From Lachnospirales bacterium (GTDB lineage: Bacteria > Bacillota > Clostridia > Lachnospirales > CAMZNU01): a stretch of DNA of 64,000 nt. The notes under the pieces were generated by a model. The model was not told where the DNA came from and did no database searches. It worked only from the letters and a program-made list of their open reading frames with translations. The DNA is taken from the NCBI GenBank assembly GCA_047974375.1, contig JBKECF010000014.1, positions 1-64,000 of the forward strand, given 5' to 3'. Below are positions 28,992 through 40,026 of this stretch, piece by piece. Every line of letters begins with the position of its first letter. Positions within the stretch are counted from its first letter, which is position 1. Position numbers and translations under genes: made by a program.

Positions 28992-30338
28992 ATGGAAAAA
29001 GTAATAGTAATTGGTACAAATCACGCTGGTACACATGCTGTTTTAGAAGTTGCAAATAAGTATAAAGCAACTCACGAAGTTGTAACTTATGATAAAAACA
29101 GTAATATTTCTTTTTTAGGTTGTGGTATGGCTCTTTGGATAGGTGGTGTTATAAAAGAGCCTGATGGGCTATTTTATGCAACACCTGAGTCTTTGGAAGC
29201 TGCAGGTGTAAATGTAAATATGGAACACGAGCTAGTTGACTGTGATTTTGATAAAAAGACTGTAACTATTAAAAATTTAAAAACTAACACAACTTTTGAT
29301 GATAGCTATGACAAACTTATACTTGCTGTAGGCTCATGGCCGATATTGCCTAAACTTCCTAATTCTGATTTATATAATATAATCTACGCTAAAATTTTTC
29401 AAAATGCCCAGTTGGCAATTGAAAAATTAAAAGATCCATCTATTAAAAAAGTGGCAGTGGTTGGAGCGGGATATATAGGTGTTGAATTAGCAGAGGCATT
29501 CAAACAAAATGGTAAAGAAGTTACACTTATAAATGACTTTGAAGTATTAAATAGATATTACGATAAAGAATTTCAAGAAGAAATGCACAAAAATATTGAG
29601 AATAATGGAATTACCGTTAGTGTAGGGGAGTTAGTAACAGGTTTTGAAGGTGAAGGTGGAAAAGTTAAAAAAGTTATAACTAATAAATCTTCATATGATG
29701 CAGATCTAGTGTTAATGTCCATAGGATTTAGACCACTTACGTCAATATTTGCCAATAAACTTGACATGTTGCCAAATGGGGCTATAATTACAAATGATAA
29801 GATGGAAACATCTGTTAAAGACGTTTATGCAATCGGCGATTGTTGTACTGTAAAAAGTAATGTTACTAATAAGCCAGCGCATATTGCTTTAGCAACAAAT
29901 GCAGTTCGTACTGGTATAGTAGCTGGTAACAATGCCTGTGGTGCAAATCTTGAAATGTTAGGTGTTCAAGGTTCTAATGCTATTCATATTTTTGGTCTAA
30001 CACTCACTTCTACGGGATATACTGAGTGTGAAGCAAAAAATGCTGGGTTCGATGTAGATTATGTAGAAGTAACAGACATAATACGCGCAGGCTTCATGCC
30101 AGACCCAGGAGAAGTTACTTTGAAAGTTGTTTGGGATAAAAAAACTTTAAGAATTCTTGGAGCTCAAATTATGTCAAAAGAAGACATAACTTTGGCAATA
30201 CATTTCTTCTCTTTGGCAATACAGGAAAATTATACAATTGATAAATTGGCATTAACCGACTTGTTCTTCTTGCCGCATTTTAATCAACCACATAATTTTA
30301 TTACTAAAGCTGGTTTATTAGCACTAAATAAATTATAA
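28992..30338 (+). CDS. FAD-dependent NADH oxidase / CoA-disulfide-reductase-family pyridine nucleotide-disulfide oxidoreductase
   Basis: N-terminal FAD fold (VIVIGTNHAG), redox Cys in SFLGCG, NAD fold (VAVVGAGYIG), 448 aa. Confidence 0.8.
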   Translation: MEKVIVIGTNHAGTHAVLEVANKYKATHEVVTYDKNSNISFLGCGMALWIGGVIKEPDGLFYATPESLEAAGVNVNMEHELVDCDFDKKTVTIKNLKTNTTFDDSYDKLILAVGSWPILPKLPNSDLYNIIYAKIFQNAQLAIEKLKDPSIKKVAVVGAGYIGVELAEAFKQNGKEVTLINDFEVLNRYYDKEFQEEMHKNIENNGITVSVGELVTGFEGEGGKVKKVITNKSSYDADLVLMSIGFRPLTSIFANKLDMLPNGAIITNDKMETSVKDVYAIGDCCTVKSNVTNKPAHIALATNAVRTGIVAGNNACGANLEMLGVQGSNAIHIFGLTLTSTGYTECEAKNAGFDVDYVEVTDIIRAGFMPDPGEVTLKVVWDKKTLRILGAQIMSKEDITLAIHFFSLAIQENYTIDKLALTDLFFLPHFNQPHNFITKAGLLALNKL

Positions 30339-30347
30339 TTTTAGTTT

Positions 30348-30387
30348 GGGCTGTTACACTTATTTGTGTACAGCCCATTTTACTTTT
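30348..30387 (+). terminator. Rho-independent terminator after the NADH oxidase gene
   Basis: gggctgt / acagccc stem with a nested tacac/gtgta inner stem, followed by attttactttt. Confidence 0.6.
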
Positions 30388-30421
30388 ATACTTTTAAGAT
30401 AGAAAGGAAATAGGAAAATAC

Positions 30422-32101
30422 ATGTTATTAGTAAGCTTAAATGCAAAGTTTGTCCATTCAACTCTTGCTTTACATAGTATAAAAAGGTACAACCAAGAGT
30501 ATTCAAATATTAAAATTAAAGAATATACAATTAATAATAATTTAGACTTTATATTAGATGATATATATAAAGAAAACGAGGACGTAGTTTGCTTTTCTTG
30601 CTATATATGGAATATTAATGAAACAATAGAAATTTGCAAAAATCTAAGAAAAATAAGCAAATGTGAGATCTTGTTAGGCGGACCAGAAGTCAGCTTTGAC
30701 CCAGAGGAATACATGAATTATGTAGATTATGTAATAAGAGGTGAAGGGGAATTAGCTTTTAAAGACTTTATTCAATATAAGCTAGGGTTAAAAAAAATTG
30801 AAGATGTGAGTTCATTGACTTACAATAAAGGTGGAATTGTTAGTAATAGACAATCTTTGCCTATAAATTTAAATGATTTACCCTTTGTATATAATGATTT
30901 AAAGAAGTTTGAAAATCGGATATTATATTACGAAACCACAAGGGGATGCCCTTTCAATTGTCAATATTGCCTATCATCAACTTTCAACGGTGTTAGGTTT
31001 TTAAATATAAAAAGAGTATATGAAGAGTTAAGCTTTTTTTTGGATAATAAAGTAAAACAAGTAAAATTTATAGACAGAACATTTAATGCTAGTAGTGAAC
31101 ATAGGTATAAAATATGGGAATTTATAATAAAAAGCGATAATGATATAACAAATTTTCACTTTGAAATAGCAGCAGATTTATTTGAACAAAGAGATTTTGA
31201 TTTGTTAAAAACAGCGAGAAAAGGCTTAATACAGTTTGAAATTGGTATACAAACAACTAATGGAAAAACTCTTGAGCTGGTGGCACGAAAAACAAATTTA
31301 AAGAAAGTTTTTGAAAATATAAATAAAATATTTAAAATGGGTAATATTCATTTACACTTAGACTTAATTGCAGGTTTGCCTAGCGAAAACTATGAAAGTT
31401 TTAAGAACTCATTTAATGACGTTTATAAAATGCAATGTGAACAGCTACAATTAGGCTTTTTAAAGGTTTTAAAGGGTTCAGGTATGCGGAAGAATGCTAA
31501 TGCTTTAGGTCTAATGTATAGAGAAAAAGCTCCCTATGAAGTTTTAAGAACCAAGGAAATATCATTTAAAGAACTTTCAATTTTAAAAGGAATAGAAGAG
31601 CTAGTAGATATTTATTATAATTCTAATAGATTTCATACATCTATAATGTATCTAGGTGGATTATTTAAAGAATATTTTGATTTTTATTTAGCTTTACATG
31701 AGTTTTTTATATCTATGGACTATCATAAAGTTTCACATAAAAAGCAAACATATTATACAATTTTACAAGAATTTTACAGTACTTATTTTGAAAAAGATGA
31801 TAATATTTTAATAGAGCTATTACTTTTTGATTTATACTCTAATGAGAATATAAAATCTGTGCCTGATATATTAAATATACATGAAAAATTACTATTTGAT
31901 GAAAAAGATTTTACCTATATAACTAAATATACAAGAAGTCAAATAATTAAAAATACTCATAGCGAAAAATTCAACATAGATATTATACATTTTTCTAAAA
32001 ACAACGAAATTATCCACGGCGAGTTCATATATATTTTTGACTACACTAAAACAAGAGAAAATAATTATGATAATGCGTATATTTGGAGGAAATATGAATA
32101 A
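30422..32101 (+). CDS. B12-binding-domain radical SAM protein (DUF4080-like)
   Basis: CxxxCxxC radical-SAM motif (TRGCPFNCQYC) after an N-terminal B12-binding-like domain, 559 aa. Confidence 0.7.
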   Translation: MLLVSLNAKFVHSTLALHSIKRYNQEYSNIKIKEYTINNNLDFILDDIYKENEDVVCFSCYIWNINETIEICKNLRKISKCEILLGGPEVSFDPEEYMNYVDYVIRGEGELAFKDFIQYKLGLKKIEDVSSLTYNKGGIVSNRQSLPINLNDLPFVYNDLKKFENRILYYETTRGCPFNCQYCLSSTFNGVRFLNIKRVYEELSFFLDNKVKQVKFIDRTFNASSEHRYKIWEFIIKSDNDITNFHFEIAADLFEQRDFDLLKTARKGLIQFEIGIQTTNGKTLELVARKTNLKKVFENINKIFKMGNIHLHLDLIAGLPSENYESFKNSFNDVYKMQCEQLQLGFLKVLKGSGMRKNANALGLMYREKAPYEVLRTKEISFKELSILKGIEELVDIYYNSNRFHTSIMYLGGLFKEYFDFYLALHEFFISMDYHKVSHKKQTYYTILQEFYSTYFEKDDNILIELLLFDLYSNENIKSVPDILNIHEKLLFDEKDFTYITKYTRSQIIKNTHSEKFNIDIIHFSKNNEIIHGEFIYIFDYTKTRENNYDNAYIWRKYE

Positions 32102-32723
32102 AAGAGATAAAGTTAAGATAATAATCGCTCGTTTAGATGAACGTTATCCTCAAGAAGATAAATGCTATTTGAATTATACCCATGATTATGAACTGCTTAT
32201 TGCAACTATTTTAAGTGCTCAGTGTACGGATGATAGAGTTAATTTAGTTACAGAAAAATTATTTAAAAAATACAAGTCACTAGATGATTTCGCCAATAGT
32301 GATTTATATGAATTAATGGAAGATGTTAAATCCACAGGATTTTATAAAAATAAGGCTAAAAATATAAAATCCGCTTGCTACACTTTAATAGAAAAATATA
32401 ACTATATACTGCCTTATGATATTAATGATTTAACTACCTTAGCAGGTGTGGGGAGAAAAACGGCAAATGTTGTAAGGGGACATATATTTGCTTTACCGAG
32501 CATTGTAGTAGATACTCATGTAAAACGTATTTCTAATAGGTTAGGTCTAACAAAAAATGAGGATCCTGTAAAAATTGAATTCGATTTAATGAAAATTTTA
32601 CCTAAAAAAAGTTGGATTAAATACAACCAGCAAGTTATAGCTTTTGGACGGGAGATTTGCAAAGCCAGAGGACCAAAATGTAGTAATTGCTTTATGTCAG
32701 ACATTTGTATATATAGCAAGTAA
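32095..32723 (+). CDS. nth: Endonuclease III (DNA-(apurinic or apyrimidinic site) lyase)
   Basis: HhH-GPD core and C-terminal [4Fe-4S] ligands CKARGPKCSNCFMSDIC. The ATG at 32095 overlaps the upstream stop; the tracked start at 32037 lies inside the previous gene. Confidence 0.85.
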
Positions 32724-32739
32724 TTGTAAAGGGGAAGGT

Positions 32740-33423
32740 ATGAAGACTGTTTTAATTGTGGATGATGAAATAAATATTTTAGAGTTGTTAAGGTATAATT
32801 TAGAAAAAGAAGGTTACAATGTAATTAGCTGTCAAAATGGTAAAGATGTCGATGTCATATTGTCAAATGAAATAGATTTAATTATTTTAGATTTAATGCT
32901 ACCCGAGATAAATGGAATTGATATTCTGAAAAATCTTAAAAAGGGAGAATTTAAAAATATACCTGTTATACTTTTGACAGCTAAATCTGATGAAATTGAT
33001 AAAGTAATAGGGTTGGAACTTGGTGCAGATGATTACATTTCTAAGCCTTTTGGCACTCGTGAATTAATGGCTAGAATAAAAGTTGTATTTAGAAGAAGTA
33101 ATAATGTTAAATGTAATAATGACATAATAAAAAGATACAATATAGAAATGGACACAGCTTCATATATCGTAACAAAAGATAATGAAAAAATCGACCTAAC
33201 TTTAAAAGAATATGAACTACTTAAGCATTTAATAACTCATGAAGGTAGAGTTGTTTCAAGAGAAATATTATTGGAAAAAATTTGGGGCTTTGATTATTTA
33301 GGCGAAACAAGAACTGTAGATGTACATATTCGTCAATTAAGAAAAAAAATAGAAGACGATGATAAAGAGCCATATTTTATTGAAACTGTAAGGGGTGTTG
33401 GTTATAAATTCCGCAAAGAATAG
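32740..33423 (+). CDS. OmpR/PhoB-family response regulator (PhoP-like)
   Basis: Receiver (LIVDDE, DLIILDLMLP) plus winged-helix output (VDVHIRQLRKKIE). ATG at 32740 after a GGGGAAGG RBS. Confidence 0.8.
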   Translation: MKTVLIVDDEINILELLRYNLEKEGYNVISCQNGKDVDVILSNEIDLIILDLMLPEINGIDILKNLKKGEFKNIPVILLTAKSDEIDKVIGLELGADDYISKPFGTRELMARIKVVFRRSNNVKCNNDIIKRYNIEMDTASYIVTKDNEKIDLTLKEYELLKHLITHEGRVVSREILLEKIWGFDYLGETRTVDVHIRQLRKKIEDDDKEPYFIETVRGVGYKFRKE

Positions 33424-35044
33424 TTTTATATCGCTTTTTTATTATGTAGCTATTTTTTTAATAACATTTATTATCTTTAGTGGACTATATTTCGGTGTAA
33501 TGAATAATTATTTAAATCATGATTTTAAAGTGTTAAATACTTTAAATACAATTGCTATAGAAAATGAAAATATAAAAATTGAAGATAATTATCATTTTTT
33601 TGTTTTAGAAGAAGATAATAGCATTTTACTGAAAGAACTGGAAACATTATATCCTTATATAAAGTATAAAACTTTTATAAACAAAAATAACTTTTACAAT
33701 GATGCACATGGCGATTTTATTTATTCAGCAATTAATAAAAACAATAAAACATATTTGTTGATTTCTAAATATGATAAAGCATTTGGGGTGCAAACATATT
33801 TTGCTTTGTACTATTTAATATTTGCTTTTTTTGCTGTTTTGTTATTATTAATTATTAGGGATAGAGTTTTTAAAACTTTTATTGAACCACTTGACTTTTT
33901 ACAAAATAAAATCCGAAAATTTTCTGTTAACAACAGAAATGATATTATTTTGAACAATTATATTTATGAAGAACTTATTAATTCTATTAATGGATTTAAA
34001 AATTTTGCTTTAGATAGTTTGGATAAAAAATCTACAATTAATAATAATCAAAAGTTCTTATTAAATTCCATGGAAAACGGTGTAATTGCTGTAGATTTAG
34101 AAGAAAAAATTTTATTGTATAATAATTCAGCTAAAGACTTGTTGGAGTCTGATAAAATAAATAAAGGCGCTTTTATATACAAAATAATAGATGATAGCGA
34201 CTTTATAAATTATTATAGTTCTTACAATAATAGAGAATCTATAAAAGATTTACAATATGAGAAAAATAGTAATAAAAAAACATTATGTGTTAAAATTAAT
34301 AAATTATTAAATAATAAGGAAGAAATTATTGGTAAAATTATTTTAATTCAAGATGTAACTAATATAAGAAAATTAGAAAACATGCGTAAAGATTTCACAT
34401 CAAATGTATCTCATGAATTTAAAACACCTTTAACATCTATTATAGGCTTTGTGGAAACCTTAGAGGATGGTGCTTTAGAAGATAAAGCAATAGCAAAAAA
34501 ATTTTTAGGTATAATAAAAATTGAGGCTTATAGACTAAAAAGGCTAATAGGAGAGGTTTTATATATATCTGAAATCGAGCACAGAGCCGAAAAAATACAA
34601 GAAGATAAAAATTTATCGGAAATATTAAATCATGTTGTTAATATTTTAAACCAAAAAGCTTTGGACAAAAATATAATAATTGAAGTTAACATAGATGATA
34701 AAATATATTTTCCTTGTGAGAGTGATGCTTTTTCACAAATATTTATTAATATAATAGACAATAGTATTAAATATACTAAGGAGGGTAAAATATCAATTAG
34801 TTTAAAATTAGAAAATAAATGTATTGAATTTAAAGTTAAAGATACTGGCATCGGTATCGATGATAAATATATAGATAGAATCTTCGAAAGATTTTACAAA
34901 GTGGATAAAAGTAGGCAAGGAGTGAATAGTACAGGTCTTGGTTTGTCCATAACAAAGCATTTAGTTAACCGTTATAATGGGGAAATATTTGTTGAAAGCG
35001 AAAAAAATAAAGGTTCAACATTTGTTATAAAGTTTAATATATAA
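33395..35044 (+). CDS. Sensor histidine kinase (PhoR-like; TM, PAS, HisKA, HATPase_c)
   Basis: H-box SHEFKTPLTSI and ATPase boxes (DTGIGI, GLGLSI). The exact start is uncertain; the ORF overlaps the end of the response-regulator gene. Confidence 0.75.
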   Translation: MLVINSAKNSFISLFYYVAIFLITFIIFSGLYFGVMNNYLNHDFKVLNTLNTIAIENENIKIEDNYHFFVLEEDNSILLKELETLYPYIKYKTFINKNNFYNDAHGDFIYSAINKNNKTYLLISKYDKAFGVQTYFALYYLIFAFFAVLLLLIIRDRVFKTFIEPLDFLQNKIRKFSVNNRNDIILNNYIYEELINSINGFKNFALDSLDKKSTINNNQKFLLNSMENGVIAVDLEEKILLYNNSAKDLLESDKINKGAFIYKIIDDSDFINYYSSYNNRESIKDLQYEKNSNKKTLCVKINKLLNNKEEIIGKIILIQDVTNIRKLENMRKDFTSNVSHEFKTPLTSIIGFVETLEDGALEDKAIAKKFLGIIKIEAYRLKRLIGEVLYISEIEHRAEKIQEDKNLSEILNHVVNILNQKALDKNIIIEVNIDDKIYFPCESDAFSQIFINIIDNSIKYTKEGKISISLKLENKCIEFKVKDTGIGIDDKYIDRIFERFYKVDKSRQGVNSTGLGLSITKHLVNRYNGEIFVESEKNKGSTFVIKFNI

Positions 35045-35188
35045 TAATAAAGCGATTAGTTGTTTTTTTAACTAGTCGTTTTTTTATTGAGATTAAGTGT
35101 AATGAGATTGTATTTTATAAATTTTATGTTAAAATAATATCGGATAATGAGTACATAGCTCATTTTTAATCGTTAATGGGAGGAAAAA

Positions 35189-36847
35189 ATGATTGATTCA
35201 GTAAAAATGGTAATATCTTTAATAGGTGGCTTAGCTCTATTTATATTTGGTATGGAAATAATGGCCGAGGGGCTACAAAAAATAGCTGGTGAAAAATTAC
35301 GTACCTTGTTAAGCAAGTTAACTGCCAATAAATTTTTAGCAATAGGTGTTGGTGCTGCCGTTACAGCGATTATACAAAGTAGTTCGGCAACAACGGTTAT
35401 GGTTGTAGGTTTTGTAAATGCAGGTATTATGACATTAACTCAATCCGTAGGAGTTATAATGGGTGCCAATATTGGTACTACAATAACAAGTTGGCTTATT
35501 TCTATTTCGGATTGGATGACATTTTTAAAGCCTACAACAATAGCTCCAATGGCAACAGCTGTAGGTGTTGTTATACGTCTGTCTACCAAAAGTAATAAAT
35601 TAAAACAATTTGGCGAAATACTTATAGGTTTTGGATTGTTATTTTTAGGTATAGAATCAATGTCAAATTCAATGGAACCATTACATGATAATCCATTGTT
35701 TACACAAATCATGACAGAATTCGGTTCAAATCCCGTGTTAGGTATATTAGCAGGTGCTGTTATAACTATGCTAGTACAAAGTAGTTCTGCTTCTATGGGT
35801 ATATTATTATCTATAGTTATAGCTGGAATAGTTCCTTGGAGTGCGGCGGTTTATATAATTTTAGGCCAAAATATTGGTACATGTATTACGGCTTTACTAT
35901 CAAGTATAGGAGCTACAAGAACGGCAAAAGCAGCTTCATATATTCATTTACTTTTTAACATAATTGGATCTTTAGTATTCGCAATTTTTGCCTTTATATT
36001 CTTTAAAATTAGGCCGGAAATAGCTTCATCATACATAAGTCAATTAGGTGTTAGTATATTCCATACAGCTTTTAATATTTCGGCTACAATAATGTTAATT
36101 CCTTTTTCTAACCAGCTAGTTTCATTAGCGATAAAAATGGCAGGAATTACTAAAGAAGATGCTGAAAGAGATGATGTAATTAAACTAGATGATAGACTTT
36201 TAGAAACTCCAGAAATAGCTATTGAAACAACTTTTTATGAAATTGAAAGATTAGGTAGTTTAGCTATAGATGCTTTAACAAAGGCAAGTAGAGGTATATT
36301 GGAAAAAGACATGGAGTCAGCACGTTCCGTTGCCTTAATTGAAGATGAAATAGATTTAATGGATGAATCTTTAGCAGATTTTTTAACTAAAATATTAAGA
36401 AAGCAGGAATTATCTCTATCAGGTAATAATAACGTAAGTAGATATTTTCATATAATAAACGATATGGAGCGTATTGGTGACCATAGTATGAATATTAGTG
36501 AAACAGCGTTGTATTTATCTGAGGCTAATGTTAGTTTTTCAAAAGGTGCATACAGCGAGCTAGCACAATTAACCGAAACAACATTAAATTGTTTAAATTC
36601 AGCTATTGTTAGCTTAAAAGAAAATAATTTACAAATGGCAGAGGATGCCTGTCGGCTAGAAGAAATTATTGACGATTTTACTTTAGATGTAAAAAATAAA
36701 CATATTGAACGTTTAGGAAAATCAGAATGTGATATTAAATCAGGAATAGCCTTTTTAGACTTAATATCAAACCTTGAAAGAATATCTGACCATGCAAGGA
36801 ATATTGCCGAGTCAATTAGTAGATTTACAGAAGAAGAAGTAAATTAA
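35189..36847 (+). CDS. Na/Pi-cotransporter family protein with C-terminal PhoU-like repeats
   Basis: 552 aa. The N-terminal 300 aa are polytopic and NptA-like; the C-terminal part has two PhoU-like helical repeats. RBS GGGAGGAAAAAATG. Confidence 0.8.
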   Translation: MIDSVKMVISLIGGLALFIFGMEIMAEGLQKIAGEKLRTLLSKLTANKFLAIGVGAAVTAIIQSSSATTVMVVGFVNAGIMTLTQSVGVIMGANIGTTITSWLISISDWMTFLKPTTIAPMATAVGVVIRLSTKSNKLKQFGEILIGFGLLFLGIESMSNSMEPLHDNPLFTQIMTEFGSNPVLGILAGAVITMLVQSSSASMGILLSIVIAGIVPWSAAVYIILGQNIGTCITALLSSIGATRTAKAASYIHLLFNIIGSLVFAIFAFIFFKIRPEIASSYISQLGVSIFHTAFNISATIMLIPFSNQLVSLAIKMAGITKEDAERDDVIKLDDRLLETPEIAIETTFYEIERLGSLAIDALTKASRGILEKDMESARSVALIEDEIDLMDESLADFLTKILRKQELSLSGNNNVSRYFHIINDMERIGDHSMNISETALYLSEANVSFSKGAYSELAQLTETTLNCLNSAIVSLKENNLQMAEDACRLEEIIDDFTLDVKNKHIERLGKSECDIKSGIAFLDLISNLERISDHARNIAESISRFTEEEVN

Positions 36848-36963
36848 AAGTTAAGATTATACAGAAACATTTATAAGTTGTTATACAAATCTTGATAATG
36901 TCTAAAAATCTATGTAAAAAAAGTCTACCATATAAACTCAATTAACTAATTTAAAAAATAGAT

Positions 36964-36992
36964 TTGACTTTTAAATAAAAAATGTATACAAT
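36964..36992 (+). promoter_or_regulatory. Sigma-A-type promoter of the leuS T-box leader
   Basis: TTGACT (36964-36969), 17-nt spacer, TACAAT (36987-36992). Confidence 0.5.
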
Positions 36993-36999
36993 AGTGAAA

Positions 37000-37235
37000 T
37001 ATTAAATAGCTATGAACAGAAGTATTAAGCAAAGTTTATTTTTCAGAGAGTTGTTGTTTGGTGTAAAACAATAAATAACTTTGCCCAACTTAGCTGGGAG
37101 CTTTTTAGGTCATACCTAAACGTATATCTGCGTTAAAGTAAAAAGTGTAATATTTGTATTGTGGCAAATATTAAAGTAGGGTGGTACCGCGGAATTTTCG
37201 TCTCTAATTTTTATTAGGGATTTTTTTTATTATAC
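37000..37235 (+). promoter_or_regulatory. T-box riboswitch leader (tRNA-Leu responsive, predicted) controlling leuS
   Basis: Conserved T-box sequence aaagtagggtggtaccgcgg at 37175-37192. It overlaps the terminator hairpin tctctaat...attaggga plus a U8 run (37198-37228). An AGAGA box lies near 37040. Confidence 0.85.
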
Positions 37236-37257
37236 TTTATTTAATTATGGAGGAATC

Positions 37258-39657
37258 ATGAATTACGAATTTTATAAAATTGAAAAAAAGTGGAGAAAAA
37301 AATGGGGAGACAATAATATTAACCCACAGGATGATAAAAAAGAAAAATATTTTTGTTTGGATATGTTTCCTTATCCATCAGCCAGTGGTGTTCATGTAGG
37401 TCACTGGAGAGGATACGTACTTAGTGATGTAATATCTAGATATAAAATTTTACAAGGATATGAGGTTTTGCATCCAATGGGATGGGATGCTTTCGGATTG
37501 CCAGCAGAAAATTATGCAATAAAAATGGGTACACACCCTGCTAAAAGTACGGAAGAAAGTATTAAAAACTTTCGCCGTCAATTAAAAGAAATAAGCGCTG
37601 TATATGATTGGGATAAAGAAATAAACACGACAGACCCCGATTATTATAAATGGACACAATGGATTTTTGTACAAATGTATAAAAAAGGTTTAGCTTATGA
37701 AAAAGAAATGCCTTTAAACTGGTGTAACTCATGTAAATGTGTGCTAGCTAACGAAGAAGCAACCAACGGAGAGTGTGATAGATGCGGAAGTACTGTTACA
37801 AAGAAAAATCTAAGACAATGGATGCTTAAAATAACCGAATACGCTGAAAGATTATTAAATGATTTAGATGCTTTAGAATGGCCTGGAAAAGTTAAAAAAA
37901 TGCAAAAAGAGTGGATTGGCCGTAGCTATGGTGCAGAAGTTGATTTTAGTGTAGACGGAATAAAGGAAAAAATAAAAGTATACACTACACGACCCGATAC
38001 TCTATATGGAGCAACCTTTATGGTAGTATCACCAGAGCATCCCTTAATAGAAAGCTTAACAACTAATGGGCAAAGGGATGTTGTAAAGGAATATTGTTTT
38101 AAGGCAAGTACAAAATCTAGTGTAGATAGAATGTCAGATAAAGAAAAAACAGGTGTTTTTACAGGTAGTTATGGAATCAACCCATTTACAAATAAAAAAA
38201 TTCCTATTTGGGTGTCGGATTATGTATTAGTAGACTATGGTACAGGGGCTATTATGTGTGTGCCTGCCCATGATGATAGGGATTTTGAATTTGCAAAAAA
38301 ATTCGATTTAGAAATAGTACAAGTAATAGAAAATGCAGAAGCAAAGGGTGCTGAATTAACAGAAGCTTATATTGGTGATGGAGTTCTCATTAATTCTGAT
38401 GAATTAAATGGCTTAAATGTAAAAGAAGCAAAAGAAAAAGCTATAAAAATAATTGAAGCTAAAAAAATAGGGATAAAAACAACAAACTATAAATTACGTG
38501 ATTGGGTTTTTTCTAGACAAAGATACTGGGGAGAGCCAATTCCAATTGTGCATTGCGAAAAGTGTGGAATAGTAACAGTTCCAGAGGAAGACTTACCGGT
38601 ATTACTACCTGAGATAGAATCATACGAGCCTACAAATACAGGGGAATCACCACTAGCAAATATAGAAGAATGGGTAAATACCACTTGTCCTTGTTGTAAA
38701 GGTCCAGCTAAAAGAGAAACTAACACAATGCCACAATGGGCAGGCTCATCTTGGTATTTTTTAAGATATGCTGATGTAAATAATAGTAAGGTTTTAGCTG
38801 ATCCAGAAGCGCTTAAAAAATGGTTGCCTGTAGATATGTATGTAGGTGGAGTTGAACACGCTGTTTTACACTTGCTTTATGCAAGATTTTATACAAAATT
38901 TTTATATGATATAGGTGTAGTTGATTTTGAAGAACCTTTTAAAAAACTATTTAATCAAGGGATGATTAATAAGGATGGTTCAAAAATGAGTAAGTCCAAA
39001 GGAAATGTTGTATCACCTGATGAATTAGTTGAAAATTACGGATGTGATTCTTTACGCATGTATGAATTATTTGTAGGTCCTCCAGAGCTAGATGCTGATT
39101 GGGATGATAGCGGTATAGACGGTGTATATAGATTTTTAAACAGATTATGGAAATTAATTTCTAAAAATGAATTTATTGAGCCAAATAAAAAACTTGAGCA
39201 AGTACGTCATAAAATGATTTACGATATTACAACTAGACTAGAAAATTTATCATTAAACACAGTTGTTAGTGGATTTATGGAATATACAAATAAATTTAAT
39301 GATTTAGTTAAAGAATATGGTTCTATAGATTTAGAAACTGCAAAAACAATACTTGTATTGCTATCTCCATTTGCCCCCCACATAGCAGAAGAGTTGTGGG
39401 AAATTTTAGGCAATAATAAAACCATATTTGCAGAAAACTGGCCTGTATGTGATGAAGAAAAAATGAAAGAAGATACCGTAACTATCGCTATACAAGAAAA
39501 CGGTAAAACAAGAGGTAGTATTGAATTAGATGCGAATATAACTAAAGAAGATGCATTGCAAGCAGCTAAAGATTTTCTAAAGGACAAAATAGAAGGTAAA
39601 ACTATTGTAAAAGAAATATATGTTCCTGGAAAAATTGCTAATATAGTTGCTAAGTAG
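37258..39657 (+). CDS. leuS: Leucyl-tRNA synthetase
   Basis: 799 aa with HVGH (HIGH-type) and KMSKS motifs and class-I LeuS architecture. Preceded by a T-box leader. Confidence 0.95.
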   Translation: MNYEFYKIEKKWRKKWGDNNINPQDDKKEKYFCLDMFPYPSASGVHVGHWRGYVLSDVISRYKILQGYEVLHPMGWDAFGLPAENYAIKMGTHPAKSTEESIKNFRRQLKEISAVYDWDKEINTTDPDYYKWTQWIFVQMYKKGLAYEKEMPLNWCNSCKCVLANEEATNGECDRCGSTVTKKNLRQWMLKITEYAERLLNDLDALEWPGKVKKMQKEWIGRSYGAEVDFSVDGIKEKIKVYTTRPDTLYGATFMVVSPEHPLIESLTTNGQRDVVKEYCFKASTKSSVDRMSDKEKTGVFTGSYGINPFTNKKIPIWVSDYVLVDYGTGAIMCVPAHDDRDFEFAKKFDLEIVQVIENAEAKGAELTEAYIGDGVLINSDELNGLNVKEAKEKAIKIIEAKKIGIKTTNYKLRDWVFSRQRYWGEPIPIVHCEKCGIVTVPEEDLPVLLPEIESYEPTNTGESPLANIEEWVNTTCPCCKGPAKRETNTMPQWAGSSWYFLRYADVNNSKVLADPEALKKWLPVDMYVGGVEHAVLHLLYARFYTKFLYDIGVVDFEEPFKKLFNQGMINKDGSKMSKSKGNVVSPDELVENYGCDSLRMYELFVGPPELDADWDDSGIDGVYRFLNRLWKLISKNEFIEPNKKLEQVRHKMIYDITTRLENLSLNTVVSGFMEYTNKFNDLVKEYGSIDLETAKTILVLLSPFAPHIAEELWEILGNNKTIFAENWPVCDEEKMKEDTVTIAIQENGKTRGSIELDANITKEDALQAAKDFLKDKIEGKTIVKEIYVPGKIANIVAK

Positions 39658-39670
39658 TTAAGGAGATTAA

Positions 39671-39973
39671 ATGTCATATTTATTACCTGTATCTATGGAA
39701 TACTTTATATTTTGGACAACAATTTTTTTGGTATTTCAGTGGTTAAAGTATTTAAGTTTTATTTTATTTAAAGAGAAAAGCAATATAGTGATTAGTCTAA
39801 ATGGAAAAATAACTACTGTTAAAATGTCGGGAGGCATAAAGCTAATAATTGCATTTGCATCCTTAATAATATTTTTTATACCATTTATTAACATTTTCTA
39901 TGGATTTTTTTGCCTTTCAATAATTGCAAAACACTATTTGGATAATATAAATAAAATATTAAAACTCAAATAA
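39671..39973 (+). CDS. Small hypothetical membrane protein
   Basis: 100 aa with two hydrophobic helices, RBS AAGGAGAT, apparently co-transcribed with leuS ahead of the terminator. Confidence 0.4.
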   Translation: MSYLLPVSMEYFIFWTTIFLVFQWLKYLSFILFKEKSNIVISLNGKITTVKMSGGIKLIIAFASLIIFFIPFINIFYGFFCLSIIAKHYLDNINKILKLK

Positions 39974-40026
39974 AAAAGGGCTGTCTTGAAATAGAAATTA
40001 ATCTATTAAAGGCAGCCTCCTTTTTT
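39973..40026. terminator. Bidirectional terminator with a nested hairpin
   Basis: aaaaaagggctgtc ... ggcagcctcctttttt outer stem. The loop contains aatagaaattaatctatt, the same aataga/tctatt inner stem as the terminator at 19334-19386. Confidence 0.6.
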
